From positions 120,282,001-120,346,000 of the forward strand of contig NC_045696.1 in NCBI RefSeq assembly GCF_009834535.1: DNA of 64,000 nt, in the 5' to 3' direction. The stretch comes from Camelus ferus (lineage: Eukaryota). This document shows, one piece after another, positions 1 through 14,358 of the stretch. Below the pieces are notes generated by a model. The model was given only the letters and a program-made list of their open reading frames with translations, did no database searches and had not been told where the DNA came from. Position numbers and translations under genes: made by a program. Positions within the stretch are counted from its first letter, which is position 1; each line of letters starts with the position of its first letter.

Positions 1-610
1 CCTCACCTCACACTCCTACCTCAAACAGCCACCCCACACACACACTCAGAGGCTGCACAGAAAACCCATAGCACCAGTATGGGTCTAATGCAAAAACACT
101 TCCAATAAACAAGGAAATATTTATGTTACATGCAAAACAAAGATGAAGAATTATTCCAGGAAACAGAAGAAAATGACTCCAAACTCTAAGGTGTCAGAGA
201 AAACAGGTTTTGTAAAGAAAGAGCACAAAAAAATGCAAGAGATAGTGAAAGGCAAAGCCAAGGAAGGCACAGAAGGAGAATAAGACCATTACAAAACCCA
301 AACCCGAACTAGAAACAGCTAGATGTAAGTCAGCCGTGTGGAAAACTGAGTTTGGACTTAGAGCCCACCTGCCTGGGTTCCAATCAGCATTTTGCCAGCT
401 TGGGGAAAAATTTCACAGATCGCAGAGGGAAAAACTGGTGAAAGAGAGTAATAGTGATGGAAAACAACAGAGAAACAGCATGGGACTATGTGGACTTCAT
501 GGGAAAAAGAAAAGAGACCAAAAGGAACTGAAATAAATGTAAAACGTATTTGATCTCAAACTATCATTAATTTCAAGATGTACCATTAATTTCAAAATAG
601 TTTCTGAGGG

Positions 611-963
611 AAAAAAAAAGAAAAGGAAAAAGACAAATGAACATAAATACAAAACAGAAACAGACTCATAGACATAGAATACAAACTTGTGGTTGCCGGG
701 GGGGAGTGGAGTGGGAAGGGACAGACTGGAAGTTCGAAATTTGTAGATACTGACAGGTATATATAGAATAGAAAGACAAGATTATTCTGTATAGCACAGG
801 GAAATACACACAAGATCTTGTGGTAGCTCACGGTGAAAAAGAATGTGACAATGAATGTATGTATGTTCATGTATAACTGAAAAATTGTGCTCTGCACTGG
901 AAATTGACACAACATTGTAAATGACTATAACTCGATAAAATAAAATTAAAAAAATAAAAAAAC
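611..963 (+). mobile_element. Young L1 3' end
   Basis: aacagaaacagactcatagacatag...gaaattgacacaacattgtaaa + A tail; imperfect TSD caaaatag(t/c)tt. Confidence 0.85.
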
Positions 964-1464
964 AAAATAGCTTTTGGGGGAATAAAAAGAAACAGTAAAT
1001 TATTAAATAAACAATCTACTTACAAGTTATTAATCAGTTTAAGACTGAATGTGAAAAAATCTTCTAATTGAGGAAATATGGAATTAGATGAAAACTTTCC
1101 CAAAGTAAAAGAACATCTGGCAGGATCAAAAACCTCGTTATATTCCAGAAAACAAAAACAAAAATTACCATGATGTTATTGAGGACAATTGGTAAACTTC
1201 CAGGCAGAAAAATTAAAAATAAATTTGGCTAGCCATATGAATTATCTCCATAACATCAGATTCCAGAAGATAATAACTCAGAGGCAAAGAGCTAAGAGGG
1301 AAAACAAAAGGAATGAGACCCAAGGATTCTACAGTCACATTCTGTATATGCCTTGTGTTCTATTTCTATTAGCACTGATTTCGATTGCTCTAGGTGGCTA
1401 GTTGAAAAGGTATCAGAAAGAGATTCTCAGTTATGTCACACCTCAGTAGATATAACCTAATCTT

Positions 1465-1700
1465 TTACTAACTCAAGGTGTTTTCAGAAGACCAGCATCC
1501 TAATTTAAGGGATTGTTAAAAATGCAGAATCTCAGGGCCCACTCCAGAACTACTGAATCAGACCCTGCATTTAAAAAAGATGCTCTACACTGGAATTTGA
1601 CCCAAAACTGTAAAATGACTATAACTCAATTAAAAAATGTTAAAAAAATTAAAAAGATGCCCAGGTAATTCTTGTGCATATTAAAGCTTGAGAAATACTG
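1465..1700. mobile_element. MER5A-like hAT MITE with a ~65-bp L1 3' tip inserted (about 1584-1650)
   Basis: aaaatgcagaatctcagggcccactccagaactactgaatcaga...; TSD aaaaagatgc around the L1 tip. Confidence 0.7.
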
Positions 1701-1703
1701 TCT

Positions 1704-2568
1704 TTTTTTTTTTTTTAACATTATTATTTTAGTTTAGTTTAGTTTTTATTCGAAGTGTAGTTGATTTACAATGTTAGTTTCAGGTGTACAGCAAAGCAAC
1801 TCAGTTTCTTTTCCATTATTGGTTGTTACAAGAAATTGAATGTAGTTCCCTGTGCTATGCAGTAGGTCCTTGTTGTTTATCTATTTTTATGTAGTAATGT
1901 GTATCTGTTAATATCAAACTTCTAATTTATCCCTCCCCCGCCCTTTCCCCTTTGGTAACCATAGTTTGTTTTCTATGTCCCTGAATCTACTTGTGGTTTA
2001 TAAATTAAATTTGTATCATTTTTTTAGATCACATATATGTGATGTCATATGATATTTATCTTTCTCTGTCTGACTTACTTCACTTAATATGATAATCTCT
2101 AGGTCCAACCACATGGCTGCAAATGGCATTATTCCATTCTTTTTTATGGCTGAGTAATATTCCACCACCCACACACACACACACCCCCACACCCCTACAC
2201 ACACACCCCCACACACACACACCACCCCCACACACACACCACATCTTCTTTATCCAGTCATCTGTTGATGGATATTTGGGTTGTTTCCATGTCTTGGCTA
2301 TTGTAAAATAATGCTGCTATGAACATTGGAGTGCATGTATCTTTTTGAATTAGAGTTTTCTCCAGATATATGCCCAGAAATGGGATTGCTGGATCATATG
2401 TTGTCTATTTTTAGTTTTTTAAGGAACCCCCATATTGTTTTCCAAAGGGGCTGCACCAATTTAAATTCCCATCAACAGTGTAGGAGGGTTCCTTTCTCTC
2501 CACACTCTCTCTAGCATCTGTTGATTGTGGACTATTTAATAACAGCCATTCCGACTGGTGTGAGGTGA
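1704..2568 (-). mobile_element. 5'-truncated L1 with internal CA-rich tract (2163-2241)
   Basis: ORF2 C-terminal-like EYYSAIKKNGIMPFAAMWLDLEIIILSEVSQ; TSD ttgagaa(at/gc)actgtctt. Confidence 0.9.
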
Positions 2569-2734
2569 TTGAGAAGCACTGTCTTAATGAACCACTTCCT
2601 AAAAGTCATCCAGCCCAGCACTTCCTACCTGGTGTATGTTGTAAGGACGATGGATGTGCTAAGATACTGCTCTCCTTGGCCTGGAGCAGTGGGGTGGAAG
2701 GCTTTGGGTTGAGGACCTAAACATTGTCATTTTC

Positions 2735-3045
2735 TGTGTGTGACCAGTGTGGTAGCCACTCACCATACATGGCTGTTGACCACTTGCAACATGGTGAGTC
2801 TGAATTGAGACCCACCATAGGAGTGAAATACACACTAGATTGTGAGAACTCAGCATGAAAAAAGAATGTGCAGTATTTCATTACTAATCTTCCTATTGAT
2901 AATATATTAAAATTATATTTTAGATACGTTAGGTTAAGTAAAAGATATTATTTAATTAATTTCACCTATTTCTTTGCTAATGTGGCTACTAAAATCTTTT
3001 AAATTACTTCCTTGGCTTGCGTTCCATTTCTCCTGGACAGAGCTG
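2735..3045. mobile_element. MER33-like hAT-Charlie element
   Basis: gtagccact...gtgaaatacacactagatt...tggacagagctg. Confidence 0.65.
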
Positions 3046-3685
3046 ATCTGGTTGCTTTTGATGGCAGAAAGATCAATCAAAATAAAGAACCCAAGAATAT
3101 ATGTGTACTTCTAGAGTGCATTACTTCTATTTAAACTTAGAAATAAAGTGAAAATACCTGTTGTATTGGGATCACAAAGTATGAATTCTAATTCTTGCAA
3201 GAAAGGATATAGTATAAGAAACCTATAATGAAAAAGAATATATGTATATAAATGTAAAACTGAATCGCTGTGCTGTCCACCAGAAATTAACACAACACTG
3301 TAAATCAAATGTACTTCAATAAAAAGAAACCAGTAGGGAAAAGTAGAGAATAATATATAAAATGGGGGTGGCAGAAGTAAGCCAAGACATACTTTATGAC
3401 ATAAAATTGAGTTTAAATTCCCCTCTTGAAAATATTCCCAGGTCAGATCAAAAAGCTGAATTCAGCCAAATGCTCTCTACTAGGGATATATCTAAAATAA
3501 AGAGATTTGATAATTGATATTAATGATATACCAAGAGAAAACAGGGATTATAATGTTATACCAGATAATACTGAGAGCAATAAAAAATGTATTAAGTGAG
3601 GCCTGCTGAGTGCTTTTTTAACTTCCTTCCCTTTCTTTTCTCTCTCTTTCTTTTTCTGTTTTTGCTTCTTTTTTAAAAAACCAAA

Positions 3686-4100
3686 GATGGACCTAGAGAT
3701 TATCATATTAAGTAAGTCAGACAAAGAAAGATAAACATCATATCACTTATACGTGGAATCCCCGCCCCCAAAATACAAATTCGATTTGCAAACCAAAAAC
3801 AGACTTACAGACATAAAAAAGAAACTGGTTACCGAAGGGGAAAGGGTAGGAAGGGATAAATTAGGGGTTGGGGATTAACATACACACTACTATATACAAA
3901 GTAGATAAACAACAAGGACCTACTGTATAGCACAGGGAACTGTATTCAATTTCTTGTAATAACATATAATGGAAAAGAATCTGAAAAGGAAAAATACATA
4001 TGCATATACATGTTTAACTGAATCACTTTGCTGATACCTGAAACTAACATTGTAAGTCAACTACACTTCAGTAAAAATTTTTTTAAACATAAAAAATAAA
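3686..4100 (+). mobile_element. L1 3' end
   Basis: atggacctagagattatcatattaagt...gacctactgtatagcacagggaac...A tail. Confidence 0.85.
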
Positions 4101-6704
4101 AACTAGTATGTATTGAGTACTAACTACTGCCTAGGTACCAGTAAAGTCTGGAGATGCAACAGTGACCCAAAGCACTGACTGAGCTTCTGATCTAGGGATG
4201 GTGCAAACTGTTATCAAAGGTCACATTGTAAGGATAAACAAATGAAGACTACAGTCCACGATGAAGATATTACTATCACAACCTTAGGAAATAACTAGTA
4301 TGGTATAGAGCTATATAAAGCTAAAATGTAGGAAATAAAAGAGAATTGATGAAAATACAGTGTGAAGGAAACACTGATGTACTTACCTTAGTTCTTGAGA
4401 GATGAGACAGGCAAAAATAAATAAGGATGATCCAATAGACTATTAATAAATTTTGTAACATCAGGAAAAACATACTTTCTTTTCAAGCATCCACTAATCA
4501 TTTAAAAAAGTGAGCCTAAATTCAGTCACAAGGGAAACCTCAGTATATTCCAAAAAAGGGACAATATTACCACATTCTCAGATTCCTGAAACCACCAATG
4601 TAATAATGGATTGGGAAAGGAACATCAGTGGATAATAAAATCATTCTGTTAAATGTTGGAGAACATTATAGTCAGATGGTGACATAAATCATTCCACAGA
4701 TGACTTATTAATTGGAAAGTGGGAAATAAAGGACTTCACAATGAGGAACCTTGTCAGTCACTACGTTTTAACAAAATAGGCTAAAGCGAGGCTTACTCAG
4801 GTGGGAAATCTCACATCAGGAGCTTACCTAAGGCGATACAGCGTCACCTAAGGCGCCTCTTGCTGACATACGTTCACTCCAAGGCAAATCACGCTTCTAG
4901 ACCTCACTTTCATTTATGGGAAATCTAGAGGTTGAAGACTAAATAAAATGACACAAGGATGAAATAATGAGAACCAGACTGTGATTCGCTTTATACAAAG
5001 AAAGGTTTGGACTCCATAAAAAGTCAATGTTATGAAAGAAAATGCAGAGGAATGTCCCAGAATAAAAGAAGTTACAGAGATGTTAGAAGCAAACACAATA
5101 TGTGAACTTTGACGGATACTGGTTCAAAAATCTCAACTATAAAATGTATTTGGGGGACATTGGAACATTTGAACAAAGAATTAATTCTTACCTTAAAAAA
5201 TGTTTTGAAGCAAAGAGAAAGAAGAGCAGCTTCCAAATCATCCTTAGGAATCCAGGAGAACTGATACAAAACCAAAGATAGCTGACAGGAAGTAAAAGAC
5301 AGGCATTCCTCAGTTCCGAACAATGATGCGAATTTCCTGAATCGGGCATTAGCAAGTAAAGTCCAATAGCACATAAAACAGAATACAGGATGATCAAGTG
5401 GAGTTTGTTCAAGAATAGTAAATATTAAGAACTCTAATCAATTACTAATATTTTGTTAAAGATCAACATACCATTAGATTATAAAAGAAAAAGCATACAT
5501 GGTAATTGCGGTAGATACTGAAAAGGCATTGGGTAATATTTAGTAGCTGGGGTTTTTTTTAGTAGCTGTTCTTGATTTTCTTAAATCTGAGGTTTAAATG
5601 AGAAGATGGGATATTTTCTTAACATGGTTAGAAATATATATTACAAACCAACTGCCAGGATATCACACTTAAAGGTGAAACACTTGAAATATTACCAGTA
5701 AGTTAGAAACATTGGGACCACCATTATTTAACATTGTTGTCAAAGTTCTGGTCAGTGTAATAGTATAAGATAATATAAGAATATAGACATTTTAGAAGGA
5801 GGAGCCAAAGTAATCATTATTTCTGTTTCAAATAAGGATATACTAGAAAAGTCTAGATGAGTCAACAAGAAATTTCAGTAAAGTGGCCAGTAAAAATTAT
5901 TTAGTAAAATGAGTAGAAGAAAAGATTCCATCTACAATAGCCACAAAGAATATAAAACTTCCAGGACTGTGTATATTCATAAATGTGAAGACTGTATCCA
6001 GATCACTACCAGACAGACACTTAGGAGGAGAGATGGCTGTGAAGGGTCTTAGGTAGACAGTTCAGAGGAGAAGTATAATTCCTAGGCTCACTAGTAACTA
6101 GAAATGCGAAGAACCATGTGTAATATGAATTTCTCCCTGCAATCAGGGTTCCAAAATCTAAAAAATGTGTGATGAGATGAGGACATAAGGACTCCCATAT
6201 GTTCCTGGGGGAAATATAATTTAACGTAACCTTTTTTTGTTGCAATTGTTTAATATCGATAGTAATTTTAGATAGACATTCCCTTTGATGCAGAATTTCC
6301 ACCCCTAATAAGTCATCCTATAAAAATACTTCTCCCACTGTGCTGGGAGGTTTATTGCAACATTGTTTAGAACTGTGAAAAAATTGGAAACAATCTAAAT
6401 ATCCATCTATAGAGAATTGGTTGAATAAATTAGGATACATTAATATAGTGAAGTACTATGCAACTGGTCAGCGATAATTATTAAGGACTTTCAAATAAAA
6501 AATAAGTAAGGAAGTAGATTCAACAGCTAATATGAATATTAATAAGGTATGGATGAAGTAGATACATTTAGGAAGAATAATTGCATCAACAATTGTTTTT
6601 AAAATTTAAAAACGAATACCAGGCAGAATGATAGAGATTATATCATAATACTAAACTTGTAAAATTATTTAGTGCAGCGTTGGTAGCCTGCCGCCAAACA
6701 TAGC

Positions 6705-6820
6705 TCTTTTTGCGGGGGGCGGGTAGTTAATTAGTTTTATTTATGTATTTAAATGAAAGTGCTGGGGATTGAACCCAGCATGCTGAGCATACGCTCTACT
6801 AGGTGTACGCTCCTCCACCC
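6705..6820 (-). mobile_element. tRNA-derived SINE (Vic-1-like)
   Basis: gctggggattgaacccag...ctctact, the reverse complement of B-box GGTTCAATCCCC. Confidence 0.75.
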
Positions 6821-6845
6821 ATAGTTTTATTGAAACACAGCCTCA

Positions 6846-7335
6846 CAGGGCCAACTTATCTACTAGGTACAGCAGGCAGAATGAATGGGGCCCATAGGAC
6901 TTTTAGAAGCCATGAAATGCCTTAATTTCTTTAAAAGTCAGAAGGAAAAATAAATATCAAACTTTTAGGGTAAAAAATATTTAATATTTTTCTCACATCA
7001 GAAAAAAATGCAATGTTAGGGCCCACACAAGTCTATTTTTTTCCACAAAAGTCTATTAAATTTTGCCTAAAACAAAAAAATAATTCAAGTATCTAAAGCT
7101 ATTTAAAGGTGATTTTTAATTTATTTTGTTATGATGGGAGGGGTCCCTAAGTGGGAGGACCACAGAAGTCCTAACACAGTCCTGCAACCGTGCTTATATA
7201 TCTGCTTCTCCTTCTGTGGCTGAACGAGAACAAGAGTTTGCAAGAACAGAATTGAATACTTGTGTTGGACACAAATCCTAAAATACTTCCTATCTGGTTC
7301 TTTACAGGGAAAGTTTGCTGACCCTTGGCTTAGTG
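6846..7335. mobile_element. Nested hAT MITEs (MER96B-like next to MER58-like 3' end)
   Basis: cagggccaacttatctactagg...; aaatacttcctatctggttctttacagggaaagtttgctgaccc. Confidence 0.5.
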
Positions 7336-8259
7336 TATTTGCGCTCACGATGTTAAAAAAAAGTTTATCTTTATGAACTGGACTTTACTTTTACTTACTT
7401 CCATTTTGCCCATGAACTTTTTAGGGAAAATGTCCTATTTTTGAATTCTTCGTATTTCAGGACCATTTGTAACAAGGGGGGATGTCAACGGTCAGTTGAA
7501 AATTTTAAGAGAAGGTATTTACATTAAACTACCTTCATGCGAGACATGACAAGGACCATAGACAGAATGAAGAGAAAAGGAAGTTTTAAGGAAAAAAAGA
7601 TCTCCAAATAGTATGCTCTTCACCAGACATCAGTTGCAAAGAAGCATCTGTAACACAGTGGCTTCAGGAATAATCCAGCCAGAAAGCGTGCCTGAGACAA
7701 TTGTTCCTGAACTCTAATGCCTGTTGTTTATAACTCTGCTACTCGAGTTTTAAGAAAACAACAATCATTTACAAGTTTGGCATACAATTTCAGATTTATT
7801 CTTGGATTCCTCAGATTTGTGCTATGTTGGGGCTATATTTTAGCTTAGGCTAAACTATCTTAGTTTTAAGATTGAGACTCTTGGCATTCAACCATCATAA
7901 ATTATGACTTATTCTTCCAGACGTTTTCTTATGCATAAGTATGTCCAAACTGGTACGAGCTTTATCTCCAGGGATGGAGATGTGTATCAGCTGTTTTACC
8001 AACATGGAGATGTGGTGGAAGTGGTCCAGGCAGCCAGGAAGAAGCAGATCGTTACTGACATTGATTAGAATTGCTAGCTCATTGGGATGATAAAAAGCAG
8101 GTCAACTGTATTTTATTATTGTTTTTAAAGTCTCCACACACCCCTTTATGCCTATCTTTAGTCCAGACTGCTCCCACCACCCTGCCCTTGGCACACCACT
8201 CTTAATGATCACATAATTTATCATCCAAACTGGGCACATCAACTGTATTGATTGTCACA

Positions 8260-11200
8260 AGTGGCAAGATTTCATTCCTTTTTATGGCTGAGTAATATGC
8301 CATTGTATATGTAACCCATGTCTTCTTTATCTAGTCATTGGTTGTGAAATCTTAGATTGCTTGCATATCTTGGCTATTGTAAATAATGCTGCAATGAGCA
8401 TGGGGGTGCATATTTCTTTTTGAATTAGTGCTTTGTTTTCCTCAGAAAAATAGCCAGAAGTGGATTTGATGGATTGTATGGTAGTTCTATTTTTAATTTT
8501 TTGAGAAAACGTCATACTGTTTTCCACAGTGGCTGCACCAATTTACATTCCCACCAACAGTGCACGAAGGTTCCCCTTTCTCCACATCCTTGTCAACATT
8601 TGTTATGTATTGTCTTTTTGATAATAGCCATTCTGACAGATGTGAGGTGCTATCTCATTGTAGCTTTGATTTGCATTTCCCTGTCAAAAGGTGTTGATCA
8701 TCTTTTCATCTGTCTGTTGGCCATCTCTCTGTGTTCTTTGGAAAATGTCTATTCAGTTCCTGTGTCAATTTTTTAATTGTATTTTTTGATATTGAGTTGT
8801 ATGTGTTCTTTTGAATATTTTGAATATATTTGAAAATAGTATTTTGAATATTAACCCCTTATCAGATATACGGTTTACAAATATCTTCTCCCATACTGTG
8901 CTGCCTTTAATTTTAATTTAATTTTTAAATTTTTAATAGTTTCCTTCACTGTGCAAAAGATTTTTAGTTTTATGTAGTCCCATTTGTTTATTTTTGCTTT
9001 TGTTGGCCTTGCTTGAGGAGACATATCCAAAAAATATTGCTAAGACTATGTCAAACTGTGAACTGCCTATGTTTTCTGCTAAGGAGTCTTTTGGTTTCAG
9101 GTCTTACCATTTAAGTCTTTAACCCATTTTGGGCTTATTTTTGTATATGGTATATGAGAAAGTAGTCCAGTTTAAATCTTTTGTGTGTAGCTGTCCAGTT
9201 TTCCCAGTATCAGCTATTGAAGAGGCTGTCTTTTCCCCATTGTATATTCTTGCTTCCTTTGTCATCAATTAATCGACCATGTTAGTGTGGGTTCATTTCT
9301 GGGCTCTGTCTTTTCCATTGATCCATGTGTCTGTTTTTGTGCCAATACCGTACTGTTTTGATGACTGTAACTTCTAGTGTAGTGTGAAATCAAGGAGGGT
9401 GATACCTATAGCTTTGTTCTTTCTCAAGACTGTTTTGGTTATTTGAAGCCTTTTGCATTTTCATACAAATTTTGGAATTTACTTTATTTCTGGGAAAAAT
9501 GTCATTGCTTATTTTGATATGGATTGCACAGAATCTGTAGATTGCCTTGCCGGGTATGGTCATTTTAACAGTATTCTTCTAATCCTTTTGCACAGTGTAT
9601 CTTTGCATCTGTTTTTGTCATCTTCAGTTTCTTTCATCAATGTCTTACAGTTTTCCGAATACGTACTTGGTTAGACTTATTCCTAGGTATTTAATTCTTT
9701 TTTATGCAATTGTAAATGGCATTGTTTTCTTAATTTCTCTTTCTGATAGTTTGTTGTTAGTGTATGGAAACACAGCAGATGTCTGTATATTAAGTTTGTA
9801 CCTGCAAGTTTACTGAATCCATGTATTAGTTCTAATAGTTTTGGGGGAGCATCTTTAGGATTTTCCATATATTGTATCATGTCATCTGCAAACAGTTACA
9901 GTTTTAACTGCTTTTTTCTAATTTGGATTCCTTCATTTCTTTTTTCCTGTCCAATTGCTGTGTCTAGGATTTCCAATACTATGTTGAATAAAAGTGATGA
10001 GAATGAGCATTCTTCTCTTGTCCCTGATCTTAGAGGAAATGCTTTCAGCTTTTCGCCATTAAGTATGATGTTAGCATTATGTGGACTTACCATATATGGC
10101 CTTTATTATGTTGAGATGTGTTTCCCTCTATACTCACTTTCTGAAGAGTTTTTTTTTTTTTTATCATAAATGAATGTTGAATTTTGTCAAAAGCTTTTTC
10201 TGCATGCATTGAGATGATCATATGGGTTTTGTTCTTCAATTTGTTAATGTGCTGTATCACATTGACTGATTTGCAGATATTGAAAAATCCTTGCATCCTG
10301 GGACAAATTCCACTTGATCACGGTGTATGATTCTTCTAATGTATTGTTAGATTTGGTTTGCTGATATTTTGTTGAGAATTTTTGCGTCTATGTTCATTAG
10401 TCATATTGGTCTGTAATTTTCTTTTTTTGTGGTGCCCTTGTCTGGTTTTGGTATCAGGATGATGCCAGCCTCACAGAATGAGTTCAAAAGTATTCCTTAC
10501 TCTTCAATTTTTGGTAATGTTTTGAGAAGGACAGGTGTTCACTCTTCCCTAATTGTTTGGTAGAATTCACCTGTGAAAATGTCTCATTCTGATTTTTTGT
10601 TTGTTGAGAGTTTTTTTTAAATAACTTATTCAATTTCATTACTGGTAATCAGTCTGTTCATATTTTCTATTTCTTCCTAATTCAGTCTTGGGAGATTGTA
10701 TGTTTCTAGGAATTCATCCATTTCTTCTAGGTTGTCCATTTTATTGGCATAGAGTTGTTTGTAGTAGTCTCTTATGATCCTTTCTGTTTCTCGGTTGTCA
10801 GTTGTAAGTTCTCTTTCATTTATGATTTTATGGATTTGGGCTCTCTTTTCTTTTTCTTAATGAGTTTGTCTAAAGGTTTATCAGTTTTGTTTATTTTTTC
10901 AAAGAACCAGCGCTTAGTTTCATTGATTTTTTTCTATTATTTTCAGTCTCCTTTTCATTTATTTCTTCTCAGATCTTATTTTTATTTCCTTTACTAACAT
11001 TGGCTTTTGTTAGCTCTTGTCTTTCTAGTTATTTTAGGCATAAGGATAGCTTGTTTATTTGAGATTATTCTTGTTTGCTAAAGTAGGCTTATATCACTAT
11101 AAGCTTCCCTCTTAGAACCACTTTTGCTGCGTCCCATAGATTTTGGATCATGTGTTTCAATTTTTATTTTTCTCCAGGTGTTTTTGATTCACTGCTTTAA

Positions 11201-12560
11201 TTCTTTGATTTACTCATTGGCTGTTTAGTAGCATATTGTTTAGCCTCCTCTTGTTTGTGTTTTTTGTAGTTCTTGTGGTTGATTTTTTAAATTTTTTTTT
11301 ATGAATTTGGGTTTTATGGATTTGGGATTTTTTGGGGGGAGGAGATAATTAGGTTTATTTATTTATTTAATTGGAGGTACTGGGGATTGAACCTAGGAAG
11401 TATGCATGCTAAGCACGTGCTCTACCCCTGAGCTCTACCCTCCCCCTCCTTGTAGTTGATTTCTAATCTCATACCATTTTGGTCAGAAAAGTTGCTTGAT
11501 ATGACTTCTTTCTTCTTCTTTTGCTCTCTTCCCTTGTGGTTTGATGACTATCCTTAGTGTTATGTTTGGATTCCTTTCGCTGTCTTGTGTGTTTATATCC
11601 ATTATAGATTTGGGTTTATGGTTACCATGAGCTCTGTGTGTGTGTGATTATTTTAAGTTGATAATCTCTTAAGTTCGAACACATTCTGACCACCCTGCCT
11701 TTGTACTCCCCTCACCACACATTTAATGTTTTGACATCATATTTTACATCTTTTTGTTTTGTGTACCCCTAATCTACTTATCGTGGCTATAGATGGTTTT
11801 ATTACTGTGTCTTTTCACTTTCCTACTAGCTTTATAAGTAGTGATCCATTACCTTTACTGTATATTTGCCTTTACCAATGAGATTTTTCCCTTAGCAATT
11901 TTTGTCTTTCTAGTTGTGGTATTTTATTTTCTACTTCGAGATGTTCCTTTAACACTTCTTGTAAAACTGGTTTAGTGGTGCTGAACTGTTTCAGCTTTTG
12001 CTTATCTGTAAAACTCTGGATCTCTCGTTCAAATCTGAATTATAACCTTGCCAGGTAGAGGGTTCTTGGTTGTGGATTTTTTTTCTTTCATTCCTTTAAA
12101 TATATTGTGCCACTCCCTTGTGGCTTACATAGTTTCTGCTGAAAAGTCAGCTAATAGACTTAATTGGAGTTCCCTTGCACGTCTAATTGCTTTTTCTGCT
12201 TTTAATATTCTCTCTTTATCTTTAATTTAATTTTAATTACAATGTGTGTATGTGTGTGTGTGTATCTCTTTGGGTTCATCTTATTTGAGACTCTCTGTGC
12301 TTCCTGGACCTGGCTGTCCTTTTCCTTTCCCAGGTTAGGGAATTTTTCAGCTATTACTACTTCAAATAAGTTATCTACCCCTTTCTCTCTCTCTTTTCCT
12401 TTGGAACTGCTATGGTGCAAACATTAGTATGTCTGATGTTGTCCCAGAAGTCTCTTAAACTAGCCTCATTTTTTTAAAAATATTTTTTTCTATTTGACGG
12501 GTGATTTTTACCACTGTGCCTCCCAGTTTGTTGATCTGTTCCTTTGTATCATCAAATTTA
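8260..12560 (-). mobile_element. Large decayed L1 (ORF2 RT/C-terminal part plus ORF1 part, internal deletion near 11510)
   Basis: Fragments [73 protein letters not shown], and ORF1-like EKFPNLGKE..QVQEAQRV. Confidence 0.92.
11290..11447 (-). mobile_element. Vic-1-like SINE inserted in L1
   Basis: gaggtactggggattgaacctagg...gctctacccctgagctctaccctcccc; TSD cttgt(g/a)gttgattt. Confidence 0.85.
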
Positions 12561-12564
12561 CTGT

Positions 12565-13245
12565 AAATGGACAATAGCAAGTGTTGGGGAGAATGTGGAG
12601 AAATTGGAACCTTTGTACCTTACCAGTGGGAATGTAAAATGATGGAGCCACTTGGGAAAACAATTTGGCAATTTCTCAAAGTGTTAAGCATAAAGTTACC
12701 ATAAGACCAAAAATTCTACTCCTAGGTGTCTACCCAAGAGCAATGAAAACATATACCCACACAAAAATTTGTACATAAATGTTCATAGCAGCATTATTCA
12801 TAATAGCCAAAAAAAAGTAGAAACAACCCAAATATTCACCAACTGATGAACAGATTTGTTAAATGTATATTCATACAGTGGAATATTACTCAGGCATGAA
12901 AGGAATGAAGTACTGATGCATGTCACAACGAGGATAAATCTTGAAAACATTATGTTAAATGAAAGAATCCAAACACAAAAGATCACATAATACATGGTTC
13001 CACTTATATTAATGTCTAGAATGGGTAAATCCATAAATAAGAAAGCAGATCAATGGTTTCTGGGAACTCTGGGAAGGGGAGAATTGGGAGTAACAGCTCA
13101 TGGGTATGGAGTTTCTTTGAGGGTCATGAAAATGTTTTGGTATTAGTGAGAATGGCTGCAAATCCTGTTAATCTACTAAAACACATTAAACTGTCTACTT
13201 TAAAGGTTAAATTTTATACGGTGTGAATTATGTCCCAATAATTAA
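12565..13245 (+). mobile_element. Old L1M-type 3' end
   Basis: gagaatgtggagaaattggaacc...atgttcatagcagcattattcataatagccaaaa. Confidence 0.8.
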
Positions 13246-13867
13246 GTTAATGAATAAGTCAAATATAGGGTGTATTAGAATATAGTGTGTATAGATTTGA
13301 AAGTCGTTGCTGATATGATTTAGCCACCAACTTCTGGGAAGCCTCAATTTCCTCCTTGGCAAAATAAGAGTTTAATCTAAATGATCTATAGGATGTCTTT
13401 CAAATCTAGTTTCCAATGATTCTCTCAATCTTCCTGTATGATTAGCAATTTCAAAAGAACTCCTGGAAAGGTCAACTGTAGAATAAAATTCGGCACTTAC
13501 ACCTTTGGTGTCTCATTGAAGGCATCACCATTTTTGAGTATTGGTCATTTTATCTACTTCCCTATTAATAATGGACAACTTTGACTTGGTGGAATTTCTG
13601 TAAGATTGTAATTTCCCATGAAGACTTCTGATTGATTGTGAGCTCATGGGGAGAAATGCTGAAATTAAAAGTAATTTGTAAAACTGAGTATAACCACCAG
13701 TGAGAGAACAGTTTTCACAAGGGTTTAATGAAGAAAGAAATATGAGTAGCTGTTGGATTTTTGAGCCAAGTTGGGAACATATACAATAATTATAGTTGAC
13801 ACAAACATAGAGGGTAAAGAATAGTGACTGTGTAAGTTCTGCGAGTTCACAGATTTTGTGTAGTGCT

Positions 13868-14095
13868 CACAGCACAGTGGTTAAGAGCTTATGGCTCTGC
13901 AGTCGCCTTGTCTGGGTTAGGGTGCTGGGTCCACCACTTACCAAGCCACTCTGTGCCTGTTTCCTCATCTGTCACTGTGGCTACAGTAGTTGTACCTCCC
14001 TGTAGGACTGTTGCAAGGATTAAATAAGCTAATATGTATAAAGCACTGAGAAAGTATCTGAGCCATGGTAAGGACTCAACAAATACTAGCATTAT
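13868..14095 (+). mobile_element. MIR SINE
   Basis: cacagtggttaagagc...cctgtttcctcatctgt...ctcaacaaatactagcattat. Confidence 0.75.
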
Positions 14096-14291
14096 CTGTT
14101 TTCAACAAATATTCAAATGCTTGATGAATGTTTTATGAACACCTGGCATCGCTTTGACAAATACCTGTTTACAGTGTATTGTGCTGGAACACGACTTTCC
14201 TAGTAGTTTTTTCTTATTATACAGTGAAATTTTTCATGGTGTAAATAACATTTTTTTAACAGAGTAAAAGCAAGAGAACTTCACTAACAAG

Positions 14292-14358
14292 ATGAAGACC
14301 CTGCTAATTATATTTGTCCTAAACCTTTGGACTGAAACACTGACAGATCAGAGCCCAG
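14292..14358 (+). CDS. COL6A5: Coding exon 1: signal peptide (exon acceptor at 14263, preceded by short 5'UTR)
   Basis: tttttttaacag|AGTAAAAG...AAGATG; MKTLLIIFVLNLWTETLTDQSP + G|gtacca; not in the ORF track. Confidence 0.92.

Larger units (their letters stand above)
100..6480 (+). mobile_element. Old, heavily decayed L1 (ORF1/ORF2/3' remnants) interrupted by younger insertions
   Basis: A-rich + strand with L1-like motifs (gatactgaaaaggcatt, tttaacattgttgtcaaagttctgg, aattggaaacaatctaaatatcca); boundaries approximate. Confidence 0.55.

Noticed and set aside
8260..12560. Possible active L1 or domesticated reverse transcriptase
   Set aside because: It is fragmented by stops and frameshifts, carries a SINE insertion and has a large internal deletion.
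1..14262. COL6A5 promoter or non-coding exon 1
   Set aside because: The region is dominated by L1 and other repeats with no CpG island or evident exon. The ATG exon has a splice acceptor, so the first exon is probably upstream of the window.
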